From assembly GCA_028279245.1 (NCBI GenBank), contig JANQOE010000039.1:66916-130915 (forward strand): a DNA stretch of 64,000 nucleotides, in the 5' to 3' direction. The DNA comes from Alphaproteobacteria bacterium. GTDB lineage: Bacteria > Pseudomonadota > Alphaproteobacteria > UBA6615. This document shows positions 19,178 through 26,902 of this stretch, in pieces; within the stretch, counting starts at the first letter, position 1, and every line of letters begins with the position of its first letter. Both the position numbers and the translations under genes were made by a program. A model generated the notes under the pieces. It saw nothing but the letters and a program-made list of their open reading frames with translations, ran no database searches and was not told where the DNA came from.

Positions 19178-20091
19178 GAATTCTCATCACCGGCGGCACC
19201 GGCTTCATTGGCCAGCACGCGGTCGCCGCACTCGCGGATACGGAACACGAGCTGGCCATTGTCTCCAGAAACGCCCGACCCGACGAGGGTCGGACGCGCT
19301 TTGTACGCATAGATCTGCTCGATCCCGAAGCGCCTCGGTCAATGCTGCAAAGAGAACCGCCGACCCACCTGCTCCACCTCGCTTGGGAAACCGCGCACGG
19401 GCACTATTGGACCGCACCCGAAAACACGGCCTGGGCTGATGCGACCTGCAGGCTGTTGACCGACTTCTTCGAGTACGGCGGCGTGCGGGCGGTCGCGATC
19501 GGCACCTGCGCTGAATACGACTGGATGGTGCCAGGCAAGGCTGCCCTCTCTGAGTATAGCGCCAGACTGTCCGCGGATACGGCCTATGCCCGCGCGAAAC
19601 TGTCGGCCTATGAGCACGCGGAGAAGCTGCGCGCTAGTGGGGCGTCGGTGGCCTGGTGCCGGCTATTCTTCCCGTATGGGCGGTTTGAGCCCGCTGAACG
19701 CTTCATTCCCGCCGTGACCCGAGCGCTGATCCAAGGCGAACCAGCCAAGATGACCAACGGCCGGCAAGCCAGAGACTTCATGGCCGCCCGCGACGTCGGA
19801 CAAGCCTTGGCTGCCGTCCTCGCCGGCGATGTCTCAGGCGCCATCAACATCTCCAGCGGGTTTGCCACGCCATTGATCGATGTGGCCAGGGAGATCGGGC
19901 GCGCGTTGAACCGGGAGCACCTGCTGCGGCCGGGCGCGCTCCCCGGGCGTCCTGGCGACCCGGCATTCTTGGCTGGCGACAATCGGCGGCTAGCGACCGA
20001 GGTCGGCTTCACCCCTCGGATCACCCTGCCGGAAGGAATCGCAGACGCGGTCACATATTGGCGGGGCGAATTGCAGCAAACGGCACGTTAG
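19174..20091 (+). CDS. NAD-dependent epimerase/dehydratase family protein (probable NDP-sugar 4-ketoreductase)
   Basis: ORF 18937..20091; GTG 19174 overlaps upstream stop; ILITGGTGFIGQHAVAAL Rossmann motif, YxxxK (YARAK). Confidence 0.75.
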   Translation: MRILITGGTGFIGQHAVAALADTEHELAIVSRNARPDEGRTRFVRIDLLDPEAPRSMLQREPPTHLLHLAWETAHGHYWTAPENTAWADATCRLLTDFFEYGGVRAVAIGTCAEYDWMVPGKAALSEYSARLSADTAYARAKLSAYEHAEKLRASGASVAWCRLFFPYGRFEPAERFIPAVTRALIQGEPAKMTNGRQARDFMAARDVGQALAAVLAGDVSGAINISSGFATPLIDVAREIGRALNREHLLRPGALPGRPGDPAFLAGDNRRLATEVGFTPRITLPEGIADAVTYWRGELQQTAR

Positions 20092-20108
20092 TGCTAGACG
20101 GCACAGCT

Positions 20109-20891
20109 ATGTCTAATGGGGCCGGCGTGATAAGCATCGATTTTGAGGAGCAGGTCGTCATCGTGGCCGAAGACGGTGACCGGCGGGTCATCCCGCTCGC
20201 CTCACCCGAGGCCTTTGCGGCGGCGTCACGTGCGTGGCTCCGATGCGGCTGGGACGTGAAGCACGCCTATACCTTTAGCTGGCTCGGCCGCCCGATAATC
20301 CAGCTTCCCGAGGATATGGTCCGTGCCCAGGAGGCCATCTTCGCCGTTAAGCCGGACCTGATCATCGAGACTGGCATCGCCCATGGCGGCTCCCTCATTT
20401 TCTATGCGAGCCTTTGCAAGGCGATGGGGCGCGGCCGTGTCATTGGCGTGGACATTGAGATACGGCCGCACAACCGTACAGCCATCGAAGCCCACGAACT
20501 GTTCGATTACATCACGCTTTATGAGGGCAACTCCACCGACCCGCAGATCGTGAGCAAAGTCTCCGCCGATGCCGAGGGGGCCGAAACCGTGATGGTCTTC
20601 CTCGACTCCAACCACACCAAGGCGCATGTGCTGGCAGAGTTGGCAGCCTATGCCCCCCTAGTATCGGTCGGCTCTTACGTCGTTGCGGCCGACGGCATCA
20701 TGGAGCAACTCGTCGGTGCGCCAAGAAGCAGCCCCGATTGGGGAACGGACAACCCGCGGCAGGCCGCAATCGAATACACGGCGGCCAACCCCAACTACGT
20801 GATCTCCCAGCCCGACCTCACTTTCAACGAAGGTAACGTCAGTACGCCCGTAACCTACTGGCCGGACGGCTGGATCAAACGCGTCGACTAG
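20109..20891 (+). CDS. CmcI/cephalosporin-hydroxylase-family class I SAM methyltransferase (sugar O-methyltransferase-like)
   Basis: ORF 20058..20891, ATG 20109; ...PDLIIETGIAHGGSLIFYASL...VMVFLDSNHTKAHVLAEL... matches CmcI/MtfB-type rhamnosyl O-MTases. Confidence 0.7.
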   Translation: MSNGAGVISIDFEEQVVIVAEDGDRRVIPLASPEAFAAASRAWLRCGWDVKHAYTFSWLGRPIIQLPEDMVRAQEAIFAVKPDLIIETGIAHGGSLIFYASLCKAMGRGRVIGVDIEIRPHNRTAIEAHELFDYITLYEGNSTDPQIVSKVSADAEGAETVMVFLDSNHTKAHVLAELAAYAPLVSVGSYVVAADGIMEQLVGAPRSSPDWGTDNPRQAAIEYTAANPNYVISQPDLTFNEGNVSTPVTYWPDGWIKRVD

Positions 20892-20897
20892 GGCTCG

Positions 20898-21821
20898 TTG
20901 CAGATGCCGCTCGTTACGGTCGGCATGCCGGTATACAACGCCGCACCGCTACTCCCTCGGGGACTGGACTGTATCTGCAATCAGTCCTTCGAAGACATTC
21001 AGATTGTCATTTCAGACAACGCATCCACCGACGAAACACCCGACATCACCAAAGACTACGCAGCCCGAGATAGTCGAATCTCTTTACTCCGGCAATTGCA
21101 GAACGTTGGCATGATCGAGAACTTCGCCAAAGTTCTCGAAGCGGCACAAACCCCCTACTTCATGTGGCGCGCCCACGACGACACCTCGGACCTCGACTAC
21201 ATAAGGTCCCTGTACACCATACTCTCAGAAGACTCTCTGAGTGGCATGGCCGCCCCGCTTGTGGATCGCCGATCAATCGATGGGCGTATTAGCGCCAGGG
21301 CAAGGTTTCCGGAGCTCGGGCCTCACGAAACGCGGCGCCAGCGCGTCAGAAAGCTGTTGCGCACCGTTCAGGCGAGTTGGTTCTACGGCCTGTACCGCAC
21401 GGAAGAGCTTCGCGCTGCCTGGAAGCAGGTCACGACGCGTTACCCCTATATCTGGGCATTCGACCACTTGCTCCTGTTGCAGTTCGTCCTGAAAGCCCGA
21501 GTAAACGGCACAAACGATGCCAAATTCACCCAACTCGAGACCGGTGTCTCACAGGAGACCTACCGGCCCACCTCCGCCTCGAAGCAGCGGCAGATCGCCC
21601 GCTGCTTCCTCTCCTTTGCGTTGCATGAGTTGCGATCAAGCTCATCCTCGCCGACCGACCAGTTCGCTCTGGTATGGCCACTGCTCAAATACACCAACGG
21701 GAAAACCGTGAAGTACCGACGGATCGCTATAGGCATGGTCAAAGAGGTTGGCCGGATCGCCACCAGGTCGGGTGACCAGCCCAACACAAAACCACCTAAA
21801 CGCGTAACACGAAAGAACTGA
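20898..21821 (+). CDS. Glycosyltransferase family 2
   Basis: VTVGMPVYNAAPLLPRGLDCICNQSFEDIQIVISDNASTDET GT-A DxD region. Confidence 0.85.
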   Translation: MQMPLVTVGMPVYNAAPLLPRGLDCICNQSFEDIQIVISDNASTDETPDITKDYAARDSRISLLRQLQNVGMIENFAKVLEAAQTPYFMWRAHDDTSDLDYIRSLYTILSEDSLSGMAAPLVDRRSIDGRISARARFPELGPHETRRQRVRKLLRTVQASWFYGLYRTEELRAAWKQVTTRYPYIWAFDHLLLLQFVLKARVNGTNDAKFTQLETGVSQETYRPTSASKQRQIARCFLSFALHELRSSSSSPTDQFALVWPLLKYTNGKTVKYRRIAIGMVKEVGRIATRSGDQPNTKPPKRVTRKN

Positions 21822-21880
21822 ACTCTGATTGGCCTGACCGCACCTCATCATGGTGCCAAAGTACGAGGTTAACAGACTCA

Positions 21881-21920
21881 TAACGAGTCAATGCGACTGT
21901 ATCGCATTGCCTAACGAGTC
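21881..21920. promoter_or_regulatory. Direct repeat TAACGAGTC flanking 8-bp inverted repeat CAATGCGA/TCGCATTG (candidate regulatory site)
   Basis: TAACGAGTC-AATGCGA-CTGTA-TCGCATT-GCC-TAACGAGTC located 35-75 bp upstream of hybrid kinase start. Confidence 0.3.
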
Positions 21921-21953
21921 TGCGCTGGGCGCAACGTCCGGCTCACGAACTAG

Positions 21954-23579
21954 GTGGTCAGAGAACCGATGCCAAATTCGGCCACATCTGCGTCGCCAAT
22001 CCACTGCCTGATCATCGATGATGACGAGGACGAGGTGATGCTGGTCGACTCTTGCTTGCGCGATATCCCTGATATCGCCTCGACCGTGACATGGCAGCCG
22101 AATCCCGAGAAGGCCATGGTTGAGCTTCAGTCAGGTTCGTTCAACCTCTGTTTCGTCGACTACTCACTCGGTGCGACCAACGGTTTGGAGTTCATCCAGC
22201 AGGCGGCGAGCGCCGGCGTCGGTATGCCGATGATCCTCCTCACCGGAGCGGACCATCCGGAGATCGAGGCTGCCGCCGCGGCCAGCGGTGCCGTCGATTT
22301 CGTCGCAAAGTACGATTTGTCGCCACCGACACTCGCCCGCGCCATCCGCTTCGCCGTTGCCGGCCAGAAGGAGGCGGAAGAGCTAAAGCGCAAGACGACG
22401 GAACTTGAGACCGCGGTCGAAGCGCTCGCCAATGAACGAAGCTTGCTCCAGCAGGCGATGGACCACACCAAGCATGGCATCGCCATGTTTGACGAGAAGC
22501 AGCGTCTTATCACCTCAAACGCGCGTTATCTGGAGATCTACGGGTTCTCACCGGATGTTGTCCGACCCGGAACCGACCTCACGGCCATCTTGCGCTACAG
22601 CATTTCCCTCGGGAACTATTCCCAAGAAGAGGGTCGACGCTTGTTGAAGGAACGCTCGCGACAAGCCGCATCTACCCGCCCCTCCACCTACCAGCAGCGA
22701 CTAAGCGATGGCCGAACAATCAGCGTCGATCATGCACCCATCAGCGGCGGCGGCTCCGTAACCACCTGTGAAGACATTACCGAAACACTTAAGAAGCAGC
22801 AGGAGTCGGCTGCCCTGGCCAGCAGCGCAGCTCTGGCGGATGCCGTGTTGGCCTCCAAATCGCGGTTCCTGTCAAACATGAGCCACGAGCTGCGGACTCC
22901 ATTGAACGCGATTATTGGTTTCAACGATATCTTTCGCCAACAGATCTTCGGGCCAATCGGCAGCAAACAATACGAAGCCTATGCCGAAGATATTGGCAGG
23001 AGCGCGGCAGCCCTCCTTCAGACAATCGACCAACTGCTCGACATGTCGCTGCTCTACAGCGACCAAACCGCACTCGACGAGCACGAATTCGAGCTGTCGG
23101 ACGCCCTTCAGCATGCCGTTCGTCTTCACGAGGGCGCCATCGAGGAAAAAGGCATCACCCTGAAGACGAACCTGGCTGCAGGCTTTTCCTTTTATGGGGA
23201 CGAAAACAAGATCACGCATGCCGTCGACTGTCTGCTCGACAACGCCATCAAGTTCAGCTACCCGGCCAGCAAGATCTGCGTCAACCTCGCAACAACCAAG
23301 GATAGTGGCGCACTCATTGAGATCTCAGACGCCGGTCCGGGAATACCCGCGGACCAGATATCAGATCTGCTGACACCATTCGAACAAGCGGAGGCCGCCG
23401 ATTGTCGATCCAATCACGGGTCTGGTCTGGGATTGCCCATCGCCTCGGGCTTGATCCGCCTACACGGTGGCGCTTTAGATATCTCAAGTGCGGAGGAAGG
23501 TGGTACAACCGTCCAAATCCTGCTTCCACCCGACCGGATCTCTTTCGCCGCCCGAGCGGCGGTTGGCCGCAGGAAGTAG
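21954..23579 (+). CDS. Hybrid sensor histidine kinase (N-terminal REC, PAS, HisKA, HATPase_c)
   Basis: IHCLIIDDDEDEV...D (REC), PAS core NARYLEIYGFSPDVVRPG..., H-box MSHELRTPLNAIIGF, G-boxes DAGPGIP / GSGLGL. Confidence 0.85.
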   Translation: MVREPMPNSATSASPIHCLIIDDDEDEVMLVDSCLRDIPDIASTVTWQPNPEKAMVELQSGSFNLCFVDYSLGATNGLEFIQQAASAGVGMPMILLTGADHPEIEAAAAASGAVDFVAKYDLSPPTLARAIRFAVAGQKEAEELKRKTTELETAVEALANERSLLQQAMDHTKHGIAMFDEKQRLITSNARYLEIYGFSPDVVRPGTDLTAILRYSISLGNYSQEEGRRLLKERSRQAASTRPSTYQQRLSDGRTISVDHAPISGGGSVTTCEDITETLKKQQESAALASSAALADAVLASKSRFLSNMSHELRTPLNAIIGFNDIFRQQIFGPIGSKQYEAYAEDIGRSAAALLQTIDQLLDMSLLYSDQTALDEHEFELSDALQHAVRLHEGAIEEKGITLKTNLAAGFSFYGDENKITHAVDCLLDNAIKFSYPASKICVNLATTKDSGALIEISDAGPGIPADQISDLLTPFEQAEAADCRSNHGSGLGLPIASGLIRLHGGALDISSAEEGGTTVQILLPPDRISFAARAAVGRRK

Positions 23580-23583
23580 CTCT

Positions 23584-23811
23584 CTAGGCAGACACACCCT
23601 TCGCTTGAAGCGCTTGCCGCACGGCCCCGACTGACCTGAGGCTCGTTATCTCGGGCATGGAGAACTTTACCGAGTAGGCACCTTCGATCGCCAGAACGAG
23701 TTCAAGGTGCTTCAGCGAGTCCCAGGACTTTGTATTTGCTGGGCTCGTTTCATTGCTGATCGACTCAATCGGTTCACGCAGTATGTTTGCGATCAGAGCT
23801 TCAATTTCCAT
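23584..23811 (-). CDS. Acyl/D-alanyl carrier protein-like (DltC/ACP family, 75 aa)
   Basis: ORF 23584..23979 but carrier domain starts at internal ATG ~23811: MEIEALIANILREPIESISNETSPANTKSWDSLKHLELVLAIEGAYSVKF... with DSL phosphopantetheine-attachment motif resembling DltC LDSFxxVELLLAIE. Confidence 0.7.
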   Translation of the reverse strand: MEIEALIANILREPIESISNETSPANTKSWDSLKHLELVLAIEGAYSVKFSMPEITSLRSVGAVRQALQAKGVSA

Positions 23812-23867
23812 TGTCGTCGGATCCCTATCCCTTAGAAGACTGCTTCCCGGACAGCCGCCAGCCCCAA

Positions 23868-25391
23868 TCAGAACTGATAGTAGAGGAATGTCGAATGGCT
23901 CTTTATCGATGCGATGGCTATGACAAACGCCACGGCCGTCGCCACCGCCCAGTTCGGCGATGCTCTCCAGAGCATCCACCGCCGTACCGGACTCTCTTCG
24001 GACGGTTGGGGGTCTGAACTGACCCAGTAGTTGCGCAGTATGTCCTGCGTATTCGGCAGCATCACGACAATCATCCCAAGCGCAAGTATCAAGGATAAGG
24101 CTGGAACGAGGTCCAACTGGACAATACCCGCCTGCACCAGACCGTCACCGAACAGGTAGGATACCCCCCACATGCTGGCCAATATCGTTCCGGCAACATC
24201 CAGATTCGGTGCTCGGAAGACGACCAGTGAGCTCACGACCACAGACATGGTGATCGCCCACCCGGCAAGCGGATGCAGCGTCGGTAGCTTGAACTCTCGC
24301 CAGCCATGGTTGATGGCCAACGCAAACCCATGGATCAAGCCATAGACCACCATGGTCCAACCTGCACCATGCCAAATACCCGCGATCAGGAAGGTAAAGA
24401 TGACCGGCCATGCGGCCGTTGCGAAAAAGCGGTGGACCGGACCGTACTCATTCGCCATCGCGCGGCGCAGGTTCTTCATCGCCATCGGCGTGAATAAATA
24501 GGTGGTGAAGAATCTGGTCATCGTCATATGCCACCGATGCCAGAAGTCTTGAATGCTTGTCGCCTTGAGCGGCGAGTTGAAATTGAGCGGTAGCTTTATG
24601 CCGAACAGGTATCCAAGACCGACCGCCATATCGGAATACCCGGAGAAGTCGAAATACAGCTGGAGTGTATAGCAGAGGGCTCCCACCCAGGCGGTAAGTG
24701 GTTCGATCCCCCCACCAGCGGCAACGCCGCCAAATGCCTCATTCGCAAAGGGGGCGATCGTGTCGGCGAAAACGACTTTCTTGAACATCCCCATACAGAA
24801 GATGGTCAGCCCAATGATCACCCGCGACGACGAGAACGCACTGTCGTCTCGGTCCTTCATCTGCCGGAAGAACTCGCTCTGCAGCACGAGAGGACCTGCC
24901 GTTACACAAGGGAAGAACGTCGCGAACAGAGCATAACGGTCAAAAGACGGACGTTCTGCCGTTCCATTGTAGGCCTCAACCAAGAAGCCTATCTGAATGA
25001 ACGTATAGAACGAGATCCCGACAGGAAGGATAAGGTCGAGGTGACTAAAGCCGGTTCCGGCGACCCCGTTCACTGTCTCGATGAGGAAGTTCGTGTACTT
25101 GAAATAGCCAAGAGCAATGATGTTGCCCGCCACAGCAGCAATCAACAGAAGCTTAGCCGTCGCCTGCCGGTTTCGAAGCTCAACAATTGCGTTCGCAACC
25201 GCGAAGTTCGCCAGCACTGACGCCGCCAGCACTGCAACTAGCAGAAGGCTCCAGTGCGCGTAGAAAGCGAGTGACGCGGCGGCCAGATACGGATACACGG
25301 CCCGCCAGCCACCAACTCGATGGATGATGAGAAAGCCGATATAGGCAAGCGGGAAGAAGACGAATATGAACTGAAAAGAATTGAAGACCAT
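23868..25391 (-). CDS. MBOAT family membrane-bound O-acyltransferase (AlgI/DltB-like)
   Basis: ORF 23868..25523; start refined to ATG 25391 (MVFNSFQFIFVFFPL, canonical MBOAT N-terminus); multi-TM, conserved His region ...WHRWHMTMTRFFTTYLFTP... Confidence 0.85.
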   Translation of the reverse strand: MVFNSFQFIFVFFPLAYIGFLIIHRVGGWRAVYPYLAAASLAFYAHWSLLLVAVLAASVLANFAVANAIVELRNRQATAKLLLIAAVAGNIIALGYFKYTNFLIETVNGVAGTGFSHLDLILPVGISFYTFIQIGFLVEAYNGTAERPSFDRYALFATFFPCVTAGPLVLQSEFFRQMKDRDDSAFSSSRVIIGLTIFCMGMFKKVVFADTIAPFANEAFGGVAAGGGIEPLTAWVGALCYTLQLYFDFSGYSDMAVGLGYLFGIKLPLNFNSPLKATSIQDFWHRWHMTMTRFFTTYLFTPMAMKNLRRAMANEYGPVHRFFATAAWPVIFTFLIAGIWHGAGWTMVVYGLIHGFALAINHGWREFKLPTLHPLAGWAITMSVVVSSLVVFRAPNLDVAGTILASMWGVSYLFGDGLVQAGIVQLDLVPALSLILALGMIVVMLPNTQDILRNYWVSSDPQPSEESPVRRWMLWRASPNWAVATAVAFVIAIASIKSHSTFLYYQF

Positions 25392-25396
25392 ATCGA

Positions 25397-26683
25397 CTAT
25401 CGCCTGTCTACCGGCCGTGCAACGGGCCTTCCTGCGGTGGCATGCCCCCGATAGCCATTCAGAACACGCTGGAGGCAGTCCGGGTTCGAATGTTCCGCAT
25501 CGATGTACATCTCGGCCGTACATCCAAGATCATGGGGGTTGAAACTGCCGATGACCTTCAGGCCGAAGCGCTCCGCAAACCCGACTGTCAATTGCTCGAT
25601 TTCGGCCAAACCCGCCATATAGGCCGATCCTTGAAGTGAGTCGTAGTAGATCGGGTTGAACGGCGGATGTGCCAGGTACACTTCAACGTCCCGATCCTGC
25701 AGAAACTGAAGTAGCATCTCGAACTGCGCAACGCCGGCCGAGTCGATCTTCGGCGGGTCGTTGCGGCGTTGCGCCGCAAACGCCAAGGCGCCCGATCTCG
25801 CAAACTCCCGCGTGAACAACGCGTCATGTTCCCGAGACCAAATGATCGACCCATCCGGGCGAAGTATGTCGAGGGTATCGTGCTTATCCGCGTCGGTGAC
25901 GTGCGGCAAAACAGGTGCCGCAAACCACCGTTCTACATTGTCTTTCAAGACCACAAGGGAGATCGCATTACGTAGTTGCGGCACGGGTATCAGTTCACTT
26001 ATTGGCCGCCGGTCGATGTCCAGCCGGCGCGACATATCGCGGTAGTCCGGGATCGTCGGGACCCAGAGAAAGTCGGTGCGGTCCTCTACAGGGGTGAACA
26101 GATTGTCCCTGATGGTGATGATCATTGCTTGCGGCAGACGATTGTTCCGGACGAACATCTCCGTCACCGACAGCATGTCCTCGTAGTAATCTCTGTGAAC
26201 ATGTGCATTGTACATGTTGACTTCGGGGATCAGCCCAGCATGGCCTTCCTGCCAGTGACTGGCGCCGAGGACGGCCACGTCGGGTGTCTCCGAAAGCGAA
26301 GCAATATGCTCGCGACGAAGGGCCCGGCTCTCAATGTTCAGATCAAAGGTCGCGTAACTGCGGCCCGACGCAAGTACGTCCGCCACCTCGACCGCAGTGT
26401 TCGGGTTGAACAACAGCGGCGCGAATCTGGCGTTCCCCCCAGCAACCGCGACCAGGCCAAGAACCAGGAAGATGCCGAGCAGGAACAGATACAATACCGG
26501 GTTGGCAACGATGCTTGGATCGACTTCATGAGCATCGACGATCCCGATCTTGGCGAGGTCCTCCTCGCGTCGACCGATCTCGGCCCGCGGCAACAATCGT
26601 CTGTCCGGGTGATTTTCAGAACGGAGATTGTCGTCTCCGAAGTTGGAGTCAGATGTGGACACGTCCTGCCCTTGAGTACCCAA
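25397..26683 (-). CDS. Membrane-anchored periplasmic protein, candidate DltD/AlgJ-like (SGNH-like) partner of MBOAT
   Basis: Cytoplasmic N-term, single TM PVLYLFLLGIFLVLGLVAVAGG, ~340-aa periplasmic domain with VAVLGASHWQEGH block; position immediately upstream of MBOAT mirrors dltD/algJ logic; homology not verifiable by eye. Confidence 0.5.
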   Translation of the reverse strand: MGTQGQDVSTSDSNFGDDNLRSENHPDRRLLPRAEIGRREEDLAKIGIVDAHEVDPSIVANPVLYLFLLGIFLVLGLVAVAGGNARFAPLLFNPNTAVEVADVLASGRSYATFDLNIESRALRREHIASLSETPDVAVLGASHWQEGHAGLIPEVNMYNAHVHRDYYEDMLSVTEMFVRNNRLPQAMIITIRDNLFTPVEDRTDFLWVPTIPDYRDMSRRLDIDRRPISELIPVPQLRNAISLVVLKDNVERWFAAPVLPHVTDADKHDTLDILRPDGSIIWSREHDALFTREFARSGALAFAAQRRNDPPKIDSAGVAQFEMLLQFLQDRDVEVYLAHPPFNPIYYDSLQGSAYMAGLAEIEQLTVGFAERFGLKVIGSFNPHDLGCTAEMYIDAEHSNPDCLQRVLNGYRGHATAGRPVARPVDRR

Positions 26684-26902
26684 AGCCCTGCGAGCCTAAG
26701 AAGCCATCAAAGGCTCAATGAAGCGTAAACGTTAACCTTTTGAAGGTTGTCGGTAGGGGCTAGGAATCACCCATTCGTTGGCCGCGACTTGAAGGGTCCC
26801 AAGGTCGCCAGGTCCAGGAACACACCGTACCCTAATCCTAGGAAGCCCTATGCACGTCAGGTGTCTGCAGTCCTCCGGACTTTCGACCCGTCCGATAGCC
26901 GC

